From assembly GCA_963811165.1 (NCBI GenBank), contig CAWEQH010000008.1, positions 480,001-544,000 on the forward strand: a DNA stretch of 64,000 nucleotides. Direction: 5' to 3'. The notes under the pieces were generated by a model. That model was not told the DNA's origin. It was given only the letters and a program-made list of their open reading frames with translations, and searched no databases. Shown in pieces: positions 20,809-29,857 of the stretch (positions are counted from its first letter, which is position 1; the number at the start of each line of letters is the position of its first letter). Source of the DNA: an uncultured Nitrospiraceae bacterium. GTDB taxonomy: Bacteria > Nitrospirota > Thermodesulfovibrionia > Thermodesulfovibrionales > UBA6898. The translations under genes were made by a program, and so were the position numbers.

Positions 20809-21402
20809 TGACCGGCAAGGACATTTTAAAGATAACCTTGAACCTCGTCATTGTGTATCTGATAGGAGGGTTTATCCTTGCATTCGTATATGCGAAGGCC
20901 GCTCCCCAGATATACAGGAACAACGAAGAGGCCGAGAAAAAGGCTCTGAACTGAACTCATGCCTGACGCCGATTCGATCGTAAAGATGGGAGAGTGGGAG
21001 CCCCACGAAAAACACGCAAATTATTTCGTTGCAAAAAAGGGCGGCCAGGTGATCGGCTATGTCGTCCAGTCTTTCGGCAAAGGATATTCAAGTTTTATTA
21101 ACACCCTTATTGCTGTCGACAAGGACTTCACGGTCCAGAAGATCAAGGTGCTTTCCCATGGCGAAACACCCGGCCTGGGCGACGGGATCGAAGAAGACTG
21201 GTTCCAGGCACAGTTCAAAGGAAAGACCCTCGATCATCTCAAGGTGATAAAGGGAGAGACAAAAGATGACATACAGGCGCTCTCTGGTGCGACGATATCG
21301 AGCCGTGCGGTCACCGAAGACGCGGTAAAAAACGGCGTGGCATTTCTGATAAAGACAATAAAGGGAGGAGGAAACGCAAATGTCCAGCCCCAGCACAGTT
21401 AA
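20808..21402 (+). CDS. rnfG: Rnf complex subunit G (one +1 frameshift near 20950)
   Basis: ATG 20808 with SD and TM helix; downstream frame has ETPGLG and the FMN site SGATISS. Confidence 0.88.
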
Positions 21403-22024
21403 TCTAAAAGAATCAGATCCTTAACGGCATTATAAAGGAAAATACGATTTTCAAACTCGCGCTCAGTCTCTGTCCCTCGATCGCGGTGACCAACAACCTG
21501 AAAAACGGTGTATTTATGGGCGGTGCGGTCCTTTTCGTCCAGGTGATGGTGAACATGACCATTTCTCTCATGAGAAACGTCATCCATCCTAAGGTGAGAC
21601 TGCCGATTTTTATGCTCGTAATCTCCGGCTGGGTCACTGTCACCCAGATGGTCATGGCCGCCTTCGCCCCGGATGTATATTCCAAGGTCGGCCTGTATAT
21701 CGCGCTGATTGTTGCCTTTGCGTCGATCCTTGCACGGGCCGAGATGTTGCCTCGAAAAACAGTTTCCTGCCGTCCATGGCCGACGGTCTCGGCATGGGGA
21801 TAGGCTTCCTTTTCGCGCTTACAACGATCAGTTTCTTCAGGGAACTTGTCGGCAAGGGATCTTTACTGGGGATATCCGCAGTCATCAATACAAAGCCGGT
21901 CCTGCTGCTGATTCTGCCTGCAGGGGGGTTTTTTGCGGTCGGCATATTGATGGCGGGATTCAACTGGATCAATGCGAGGGCCGCGGCAAAGGCCACGGCA
22001 AAAGCCGCGCTCACGGCGAACTAA
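21380..22024 (+). CDS. rnfE: Rnf complex subunit E (two frameshifts)
   Basis: GIIKEN..LSLCPSIAVT, KVRLPIFM, ADGLGMGIGF, ILPAGGF. Confidence 0.85.
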
Positions 22025-22038
22025 AGGAGGAAGCATAG

Positions 22039-22633
22039 ATGGGCCACGAATTTCACAAAATTATTCGAACTCATAGTATCGGCGTCTCTGATAAATAACT
22101 TCGTCTTCACACGGTTCCTCGGGCTCTGCATATTCTTCGGCGTCTCGAAGAAGATGGAGACCGCCGTGGGCATGAGCGTCACGTTCGTCTCCGTCATGAT
22201 GATAAGCGCCGGCGTAAGCTGGGCTATCTTTAATATGATTTTGGTGCCCCTTGAGATTACCTTTCTTCAGATTATCGTATTTATCGGCGTCATCGCCGGC
22301 CTTGTGCAGGTGTCCGATACCATTATGAGGAAGGTATCGCCGGGACTGTATTACAAGCTCGGCATCTACCTCGCACTTATCTCGACCAACTGCATTATCC
22401 TTGCAGTGCCGCTGATAAACGCCGAAGAGAAATACACGTTCATTCAAAGTCTTGCCTTTGGCTTTGGCTCCGGCCTCGGCTTTGCACTTGCGCTTATCAT
22501 AATGGCAAGCATTCGGGAAAAACTCGAGCTGGCTGAAGTACCTGCCCCGTTTAAGGGGCTGCCTATGGCATTTGTCGTAACCGGCCTGATAGCACTTGCC
22601 TTTACGGGTTTTTCAGGATTGATCACGCTTTAA
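22039..22633 (+). CDS. rnfA: Rnf complex subunit A (one +1 frameshift near 22052)
   Basis: NNFVFTRFLGLC, AVGMS, LGIYLALISTNC, REKLE..VP.PFKGLP, LAFTGFSG. Confidence 0.9.
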
Positions 22634-22689
22634 TTTGATTGTGTAAATATAGTAAACTATATATAAATTATCTTTGAGGAGAGCATAAA

Positions 22690-23874
22690 ATGTCCAATGG
22701 GCCGATAATAAAAAAGACGTGGTTACGTACAATTTTGTTAACACTCTTTTGTGTATCCGCTATTCTGGTCTTCTGCTCTTCACTTTATGCTGGAGTCGGC
22801 GGCAGTATCGAGCCCAAGAAAAATGTCGATCTGGTTCCCCTCATTAAATGGACGCTTGTCTTTCTTGCGGGAATGGGCACGATCTTCGGTATCGGCATCG
22901 CCCTTGCTGCAAAGAGGTTTGCCGTACAGATAGACCCGAGGGTCGAAAAGGTGAAGGACCACCTTGCACACGCCCACTGCGGCGCATGCGGCTATGCCGG
23001 GTGTGAGCAGTATGCCGAGGCGGTGGTCAACAAACCCGAAGTCGCCCCGAATCTCTGTATCCCTGCAGGCGCCAAGGGCGCCGAGGCGGTTGCGCTTATT
23101 ACCGGAAAGAAGGCTGAGATACGGGAGCCCCAGTTTGCAAGGATCATGTGCCAGGGCAGCTTGTCGAAATCGGTAAAAAGGTTCAAGTATGAAGGCATTA
23201 AGGACTGCAGGGCGTCGATACTTGCAGGAGGCGGAGACAAGGCCTGCAGGTACGGCTGTCTCGGATACGGCACTTGCTCAAGGGTATGTCCATTTGGTGC
23301 GATCTCAATGACCGACGACCACCTCCCGTTTGTCGATATCACAAAGTGCACCGGATGCAGGAAGTGCGAGCAGGCGTGCCCCACAAAGGTCATCGAGGTC
23401 CTGCCGGCATCAAGGCAAGTGCTCGTCACCTGTCACTCAAAGGACAAAGGCGGAGATACACGCAAGAACTGCGAGGTCGGCTGCATCGCCTGCGGGATAT
23501 GCGTAAAGGTATGCCCCTTTGACGCCCCTTCGGTCACAAACAGCCTGTCGAGAATAGACCTGGATAAATGCAAGGTCTGCGGTCTGTGTGTCTCCAAATG
23601 CCCCACGAAGGCCATCAGCGACTTTATCCCGCAGAGGCCGAAGGCATTCATTATGGACAACTGTATAGGCTGTCAGATATGTGCAAAGGTATGCCCGGTC
23701 AATGCGCCTTCCGGGGAGATGAAGAAACTGCACGTGATAAATAAAGACCAGTGCATAGGATGCGGCATATGTACCGCCAAGTGCCCTGTGCAGGCGATCG
23801 ACGGCACGTTCAACGCCCGGGAAGTATTTGCGGCAGCGGCGGCCAAGAAGGCAAAAAAAGTAGAAGCGGCGTAA
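22690..23874 (+). CDS. rnfB: Rnf complex subunit B, polyferredoxin type
   Basis: HCGACGYAGC FeS motif plus six CxxCxxCxxxCP ferredoxin motifs; two N-terminal hydrophobic segments. Confidence 0.92.
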   Translation: MSNGPIIKKTWLRTILLTLFCVSAILVFCSSLYAGVGGSIEPKKNVDLVPLIKWTLVFLAGMGTIFGIGIALAAKRFAVQIDPRVEKVKDHLAHAHCGACGYAGCEQYAEAVVNKPEVAPNLCIPAGAKGAEAVALITGKKAEIREPQFARIMCQGSLSKSVKRFKYEGIKDCRASILAGGGDKACRYGCLGYGTCSRVCPFGAISMTDDHLPFVDITKCTGCRKCEQACPTKVIEVLPASRQVLVTCHSKDKGGDTRKNCEVGCIACGICVKVCPFDAPSVTNSLSRIDLDKCKVCGLCVSKCPTKAISDFIPQRPKAFIMDNCIGCQICAKVCPVNAPSGEMKKLHVINKDQCIGCGICTAKCPVQAIDGTFNAREVFAAAAAKKAKKVEAA

Positions 23875-23900
23875 AAATAAGTAAAATGAAGCTATGTAAC

Positions 23901-23929
23901 AGGGGCCCTTTTTAAAGGGCCTTTTTTTT
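23901..23929 (+). terminator. Intrinsic terminator after rnfB
   Basis: GGCCCTTT/AAAGGGCC hairpin followed by a T-run. Confidence 0.7.
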
Positions 23930-23957
23930 AAAAAATATATAAAAGGAGGATTCGAAA

Positions 23958-24644
23958 GTGCGGGTATCAAAGGTTCTCATTGCAGTATTCTTATCAATGG
24001 CAATTGCCGGGCTGGTCTATGCCGGCGCGGGGGAAGATTCTTTAACCAAGCTTCAGGAAGGAAACAAGAGGTTCGTATCGGGCGAGCTTGCAAAGAAAGA
24101 CATAGGAGAGAGCAGGAGGCAGGAACTCACAAAAGGACAGAGTCCGTTTGCGACCATCCTGTCGTGTTCCGACTCAAGAGTAGCTCCTGAACTCATCTTC
24201 GATGAGGGGTTAGGCGACATTTTCATTGTCAGGGATGCGGGGAATGTCGTGGACCCTGTTACTATGGGAAGCATCGAGTACGGGGTTGAACATCTCCACA
24301 CGCCCCTGCTTGTCATCCTAGGCCATGAGAAATGCGGCGCGGTTACCGCTGCCTTGGATGCTAAGGGCAAGCCTGAGGGCAATATAGGCGCGATCCTTAA
24401 AAAGATCATGCCTGCTGTCAAAAAGGCCAAGAAGGCCGGGAAAGACAGGGAAGGCACTCTGGATCTGGCGATACAGGAGAATGTCAGGCACACGTACAAG
24501 GACGTTATGAAAAGCAAGATCGTGAGTGAACTCGTTCATGAAGGGAAGCTCAAGGTCGTTGCAGCCGAATATTATTTGGGGACCGGCAAGGTCGAGATGA
24601 TAGACCTCGCTTCTTTACACGAAGGCCATAAAGGGCATCATTAA
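23958..24644 (+). CDS. Beta-carbonic anhydrase with signal peptide
   Basis: CSDSRV and GHEKCGAV Zn ligands, EGNKRF, SIEYGV; N-terminal signal (LVYA|G). Confidence 0.92.
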   Translation: MRVSKVLIAVFLSMAIAGLVYAGAGEDSLTKLQEGNKRFVSGELAKKDIGESRRQELTKGQSPFATILSCSDSRVAPELIFDEGLGDIFIVRDAGNVVDPVTMGSIEYGVEHLHTPLLVILGHEKCGAVTAALDAKGKPEGNIGAILKKIMPAVKKAKKAGKDREGTLDLAIQENVRHTYKDVMKSKIVSELVHEGKLKVVAAEYYLGTGKVEMIDLASLHEGHKGHH

Positions 24645-24674
24645 TATGTAACGTTACGAACGGAAGTTCAGGGG

Positions 24675-24711
24675 GCGCGGAAGGGAATTATCTCTTCCGC
24701 GCTTTTTTTTT
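24675..24711 (+). terminator. Intrinsic terminator after the carbonic anhydrase gene
   Basis: GCGCGGAAGGGA-atta-TCTCTTCCGCGC followed by T9. Confidence 0.85.
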
Positions 24712-24712
24712 A

Positions 24713-24982
24713 TATGGGGCGTTGCCCCATGCCCCAGTTACCTGTGGAATCTCCTTCGGAGCTTCGATGCAAGGAATATGTCTCTTCACATCCGCTCGTT
24801 TTGAACTCGCTATCCATCTCTTGACGACCAAGCAAGGTAGCCGAAAGAAGGTCGCCCCAACGAAAATTTATACGGCTGCGCAGACGTCCTCGGTAGATTT
24901 TAGGAACTTGCCTGCGGCTCAAACAGCCTAAAATCTTTCACCCTGCGGGCGTCTGTGCTCGCCTAAATTTTCGAAGGGGACT
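24713..24982. repeat. Structured intergenic element (long imperfect hairpin; MITE-like or ncRNA)
   Basis: Nested complementary blocks CGAAAATTTA/TAAATTTTCG, GCGCAGACGTCC/GGGCGTCTGTGC, AGATTTTAGG/CCTAAAATCT; 5' ATGGGGC/GCCCCAT hairpin. Confidence 0.6.
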
Positions 24983-25099
24983 ACACACAATCATGCATCA
25001 GGCCTCTGAAATACCACTTTTGCACGATCTGCATTCTAGCTTATTTATGTTTAATATCAATGTCTTAGGCTTTTTACCTTTCACTTTTTACCATTTTTC

Positions 25100-25128
25100 T
25101 TGACAGTGAACGATCGTTCACTTATAAT
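25100..25128 (+). promoter_or_regulatory. Consensus sigma70 promoter with an embedded palindromic operator (SOS box-like)
   Basis: TTGACA-17nt-TATAAT; perfect palindrome AGTGAACGATCGTTCACT (25105-25122) with a GAAC-N4-GTTC core. Confidence 0.88.
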
Positions 25129-25134
25129 GAAATT

Positions 25135-25725
25135 ATGAAAGATGCGAGAGAAGAGAAGCTGCGGTCCAGGGTTAGGGGCATATCGGATTTTTATTATCAG
25201 AAGGGCAGGATGCCGAGCTTTTCCGAGATCGGGGAGATGGCCGGGTTCCGATCGAAAAACGCGGTCTTCAAATTCGTCAATAAACTTGAGAATCTCAATA
25301 TCGTGGGGAGAGACAAAAAAGGCAGGCTTATCCCCGGGTCGATAGCAGCCTCGGTAAAGATGCTCGGCACTGTTGAGGCGGGGTTCCCGAGTCCTGCCGA
25401 GGAGGAGTTGGTAGATACCCTCTCCCTTGACGAGCTTCTCATACAGAACAGGGAGGCCACGTTCCTTTTAAGGGTCTCCGGCGATTCGATGTCGGGGGCC
25501 GGCATCCTTCCCGGAGACATGGTGATCGTGGACAAGGTCCAGACGCCAAAGAGCGGGGACATCGTTATTGCAGAGGTCGATGGGGCGTGGACGATGAAAT
25601 ACCTCAGAAAAAGGGGCGAGAATGTGACCCTCTTGCCGGCCAATCCCAAATATCAACCAATCAAGCCGAAGAATGAGCTTAAGATTGCGGGTGTGGTGAC
25701 AGCGGTGGTGAGGAAGTATAAGTGA
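25135..25725 (+). CDS. lexA: LexA/UmuD-like S24 autopeptidase repressor
   Basis: N-terminal HTH (MPSFSEIG..GFRSKNAV), Ala-Gly site EAGFPSPAEE, Ser GDSM, Lys TMKYL. Confidence 0.88.
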   Translation: MKDAREEKLRSRVRGISDFYYQKGRMPSFSEIGEMAGFRSKNAVFKFVNKLENLNIVGRDKKGRLIPGSIAASVKMLGTVEAGFPSPAEEELVDTLSLDELLIQNREATFLLRVSGDSMSGAGILPGDMVIVDKVQTPKSGDIVIAEVDGAWTMKYLRKRGENVTLLPANPKYQPIKPKNELKIAGVVTAVVRKYK

Positions 25726-25760
25726 CGGGAACAAAATAAATCACGAGGAGGAACAATAAA

Positions 25761-25940
25761 ATGGTTGACGGATTCACACTGAAATTCCTTGGAGAACTTT
25801 TTTACCTTACCGTCGCACTCTGTGCACTGTATGGTACATGGGGCCTTTTCCGAAGATACAGGAAGATAAACTCGACAGTCATCAGGGCACATATCACTGC
25901 ATATAGGATCCAGAAGATGGTTGAGAGCCGCTCCCGATAG
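25761..25940 (+). CDS. 59-aa single-pass membrane protein (absent from the ORF track)
   Basis: SD GAGGAGG then ATG; MVDGFTLKFLGELFYLTVALCALYGTWGLFRRYRKINSTVIRAHITAYRIQKMVESRSR. Confidence 0.7.
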   Translation: MVDGFTLKFLGELFYLTVALCALYGTWGLFRRYRKINSTVIRAHITAYRIQKMVESRSR

Positions 25941-25944
25941 AAAC

Positions 25945-25969
25945 GGGGTGTGATAAATTACGTCCCTAC
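25945..25969 (-). repeat. REP-like hairpin upstream of the RAYT gene
   Basis: Minus strand GTAG-GGACGTAATTTATCACACCCC; imperfect palindrome after GTAG. Confidence 0.55.
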
Positions 25970-26249
25970 GGACAAATATACACGCATGAAACATGACCCT
26001 GACAAACGACACCGTCGTTCAATCCGCCTGAAGGGATACGATTATTCAGAGGCAGGCGCGTATTTTATCACCATCTGCGCGCAAAACAGGGAATGTTTGT
26101 TCGGGGACATCGTTGATGAGGAAATACGGTTGAATGATGCGGGGCAGATGGTCCATAGGATATGGAATGATTTGTCCGTCGAATATCCTGACATAGAAAT
26201 AGACGAATTCATTGTAATGCCAAATCACATGCACGGGATAATCGTGATT

Positions 26250-26332
26250 GTAGGGGCGCCTCTTGTGGGTGCCCATTCTTCCTGCACGGCGATCGACAAA
26301 GAAATCAGGGCAGGCACAAGACCTGCCCCTAC
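26250..26332. repeat. REP doublet 1, inside the RAYT coding sequence
   Basis: GTAGGGGCGCCTCTTGTGGGTGCCC ... GGGCAGGCACAAGACCTGCCCCTAC. Confidence 0.85.
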
Positions 26333-26567
26333 ATTGGGGGATGCCGTCGGTACATTTAAATCCGTTACAACACATCAATATGTCGATGGTGTCAGACAGA
26401 AAAACTGGCTGTCATTCAACGGCAAATTATGGCAGCGCAATTATTACGAACACATTATCCGCAATGAAGAAGAAATGAATCGCATCCGCGAATACATTGT
26501 CAAAAATCCCGCGAAATGGGATGAGGATGAAAACAATCCGGGGAATATTATCCGTGGGGGACATGAT

Positions 26568-26677
26568 GTAGGGGCGCCTCTTGTGGGTGCCCATTCTTCC
26601 GGTGCAGCGATCGGTAATGCCGGAACCAGGGCAGGTGTACGACCTGGAACCAGGGCAGGCACAAGACCTGCCCCTAC
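26568..26677. repeat. REP doublet 2, in the 3' part of the RAYT ORF
   Basis: Same two REPs (34 bp identical to 26249-26282) plus a 24-bp imperfect tandem duplication at 26622-26669. Confidence 0.85.
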
Positions 26678-26719
26678 TACGACGGCACCAACAAAACAAA
26701 AATCATCCGGCAATACCCC

Positions 26720-28033
26720 ATGACCACCCAGCCCTTAACCATCCGTTCCTGGCCGCAGGCGGTCCTCCATCTGGACGCCGATGCCTTTTTTGCGTCCTGC
26801 GAGCAGGCGGTCCATCCGGAACTCAGGGGAAGGCCGGTGATAACCGGCAAGGAGCGGGGGATTGTTGCGGCCGCAAGTTATGAGGCAAAGGCAAGGGGGA
26901 TAACGAGGGGCGTGAGCCTGTATGATGTGAAGAAGATCTGCCCTGACGCGGTGATCGTCCCCTCTGACTACGAGACCTACAGCCTCTTCTCTGTACGGAT
27001 GTTCGAGATTCTCAGGCGCTTCTCGCCCGATGTCGAGGAGTATTCGATAGACGAGGCATTCGTTGACCTCACCGGCCTCAGGAGAAGTTTTCACGGCCCT
27101 TACGGTCTGATCGCAAAGAAGATGCAGGACACGATCGGGACGGAGCTGGGGATCACGGTCTCTGTCGGCGTCAGTCTCTCTAAGGTCCTGGCAAAGATAG
27201 GGTCCAAACACAATAAACCACATGGACTTACAATAATTCCCGGAAGGGACATCCATCTCTACCTCGAAAAACTTCCGGTCGAAAAGGTCTGGGGGATCGG
27301 ACCGAACACGGCCGCCTTCCTGGGGAAGTTCGGAATAAAGACCGCCCTTCAGTTTGCAAGGAGAGACGAGCGGTTTATACAAAAACATCTCTCAAAGCCC
27401 TATCAGGAGATCTGGCATGAGCTAAACGGAAGGTCCGTGTATCCGGTCGTCACCGAATCGAAAAGCAGCTATCAGTCCATAAGCAAGACAAAGACCTTTA
27501 CCCCTCCTTCAGAAGATGAGACGTTAGTCTTTGCCCAGCTTTCGAAAAACCTTGAAAACGCATGCATCAAGGCGCGGCGATACAAGCTATCGGCAACAAG
27601 GCTCATCCTCTTTCTCCGCACACAGGAGTTCAGGGACACCGGGGTAGAGATAAGGTTGAACCGGGCCACCGCATATCCTATCGACCTCTTCGGGCCGCTA
27701 CGGGAGGGCTTCGATCAAATCTACCGGGCCGGAAGCCACTACCGCCAGACCGGGGTTGTGCTTGGAGGGCTGATGCCTGAGGCGGGGGTCCAATATACCC
27801 TCTTTGACGACACCGACAGGATAGAGAAGTTTTCAAGAATCTACAGCGCCGTTGATATGGTGTCCGAAAAATTCGGGAAATATGCGGTACATCATGCGGC
27901 AAGCCTTCCGACAAAACTTCAGACGCAGCATGAAGGGGAAAGGGGCGATGCGCCTGAGAGGACCACAGACCTCTTCAAGGGAGAAACGAAAAGACAGAGA
28001 CTCGGGCTGCCGGTGCTTAAGGTGAAGGTGTGA
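26720..28033 (+). CDS. dinB: Y-family DNA polymerase (DinB/UmuC-like)
   Basis: LHLDADAFFASCE, AASYEAK, YSIDEAF, VWGIG; ATGA overlap with the RAYT stop. Confidence 0.92.
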   Translation: MTTQPLTIRSWPQAVLHLDADAFFASCEQAVHPELRGRPVITGKERGIVAAASYEAKARGITRGVSLYDVKKICPDAVIVPSDYETYSLFSVRMFEILRRFSPDVEEYSIDEAFVDLTGLRRSFHGPYGLIAKKMQDTIGTELGITVSVGVSLSKVLAKIGSKHNKPHGLTIIPGRDIHLYLEKLPVEKVWGIGPNTAAFLGKFGIKTALQFARRDERFIQKHLSKPYQEIWHELNGRSVYPVVTESKSSYQSISKTKTFTPPSEDETLVFAQLSKNLENACIKARRYKLSATRLILFLRTQEFRDTGVEIRLNRATAYPIDLFGPLREGFDQIYRAGSHYRQTGVVLGGLMPEAGVQYTLFDDTDRIEKFSRIYSAVDMVSEKFGKYAVHHAASLPTKLQTQHEGERGDAPERTTDLFKGETKRQRLGLPVLKVKV

Positions 28034-28309
28034 AGTCGGTTGCGCGCTAATTTTTTGTAGGAGCCGAAGTTTTATCTGTCAGACAATCTGCGGTGGCCGG
28101 ATCAACGGAGAGATTTGGGCTCAAGGCGATGTCCAAAATCCCAGCTGATGCGATACAAAAACCAACTTTAGGGAGGGAGTGTGAATCAATGCGTTTCCTC
28201 AATTATATTTTTTACGAACAGCAGATTGAGCCTCAGATCCAGAATAATTTCCAGATCCAGACTCAACCCGGCAAGCAGCTGCCGACAAGCGATTTATTGT
28301 CCAACGAGC

Positions 28310-29857
28310 CTACTTATATCGCCCTTCTGCAGGCAGGGATTTCAATGCGGATGCTTCCCATCCGCCTCCCAGGGCTTTAATGAGAAGAACGTCTGCGGTC
28401 ATCATGCGGCCCTGGATACCGATAGCGGTCCTCTCATTGGTTAAGGCTGCGGCCTGGGCCACTATGACGTCTAGGTAACTGACTGTGCCGGCCTTGTATT
28501 GATTCGTAACGACCGCCAGTGTCTGTCGCGCCGATTTCACCGCCTCATCCTGAACGACTGCTTCTTCCCAAGGATGCGAAGCGCGGCGAGATTGTCTTCC
28601 ACTTCCTGAAAACGCGGTAAGTACGGTTTGACGATAGGACGCCACAGTTGCATCATAGGCTGCACGTGCCTCGTCCGTCAGCGCCCTTCTCAAGCCCGCC
28701 GTCAAACACGGTCTCCGCGACTGCGGATGCCGATCGACCAGAAGCGGTTCGGCCATGACAGCCAATTTGACAGAGACGATGCCTTCAAATCCGCCTGAGG
28801 CCTCAGCGTCAGCGCTCGGATAAAACGCCGACTTCGGCGACCCCGATCTGCGCATTCGCAGAAGCGACGCGACGTTCGGCTGCCGCAATATCAGGCCTTC
28901 TTTCGAGCAGCTCTGAAGGCATCCCCACGGGTATTCCGGCGGCGCCGCCGCAGGCCGGCTGCAGGGAGTCGAAAAATCAGACGCGGGTTTTCCTATAAGA
29001 AGGGCGATTGCATGTTCAGTTTGACTATCGCTGCATGCCTATATCGATCGCCTGGGCCTGGGTAGACTTAAGCTGTGTCTCGGCCTGAAGCACATCCGCC
29101 CTCGAAGCAACGCCGCTTGCATAACTGTTTTTCGTCAATTCGAGAGACTTTTATAGGCAACGACCGTCTCATCGAGAAGCTGCTTTTGCGGCATCGAGCG
29201 CCCGGAGCTGAAAATAGTCCTGCGCCAGTTCGGCATGAATGCTGAGCCGGACCGCTTCGAGGTCAGCGGCGCTTGCCTCTGCCCCTGCCTGCGCCTGCCT
29301 CAACCGTGCGCCGTATCTTTCCCCAGAGATCGGGCTCCCACGATACATCGACCGGTCAGCAGAAAGTCGGAATTTGTGCCCGTCGCGGTAAAGGCCCCTC
29401 CGCCGGTATTAGGCGACCGGCGCGAGCGTGTAAAAGATGCATCTGCAGTCACTGTCGGAAAATAGCCGGACGCGCGCGGCCCGGACAAGCTGCGAGGGCC
29501 TGGCGAAACTGCGCCTCAGCCGCTGCTACATTCTGGTTAGAGATATCCACCTTCTCTTCAAGATGAGTTCAGTTCAGGATCATTGAAGATCTCCCACCAC
29601 TGCCCCTTTATTATTCGTCCTCGGCTGCGCCTTTTTCCAGCCTTCCATCTCCTTGTATGCACGCCGGCGTTTCGGCCTCCGGCCTCACATAATTCGGGCC
29701 GGCCGAACATGCGGCCAGGAGCATAAGCGGGCCTGCAAGCGCTGAAACCGTAAACGAGCGCAGCCCCAGGCGTATCCTGACACACTTTCCTCACCGTAAG
29801 AAGCATAGACCATCCTTTCCGTTTTTCGCCGGCAATCGCGGATCTGTTCAACATCAT
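28310..29857 (-). pseudogene. RND outer-membrane factor lipoprotein (NodT/OprM-like), many frameshifts; pseudogene or poor consensus
   Basis: Fragments GQWWEIFNDPEL, YDATVASYRQTVLTAF, NQYKAGTVSYLDVIVAQ, LIKALGGGW. Confidence 0.8.

Larger units (their letters stand above)
25986..26723 (+). mobile_element. REP-associated tyrosine transposase (Y1_Tnp/RAYT family)
   Basis: HRRSIRLKGYDYS..YFITIC, HUH motif VMPNHMHGI, LWQRNYYEHIIR, catalytic YI..NP. Confidence 0.9.

Noticed and set aside
20951..20953. TGA early in rnfG as a possible selenocysteine or readthrough codon
   Set aside because: The downstream RnfG sequence is in a different frame (+1), so this is a frameshift rather than an in-frame stop
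26250..26677. Repeats inside the RAYT gene as a CRISPR array
   Set aside because: They are inverted REP pairs with irregular spacing, and there are no cas genes in the window
28093..28380. Gln-rich plus-strand ORF after dinB
   Set aside because: Overlaps the convergent efflux gene end and a hairpin region; no recognisable domain
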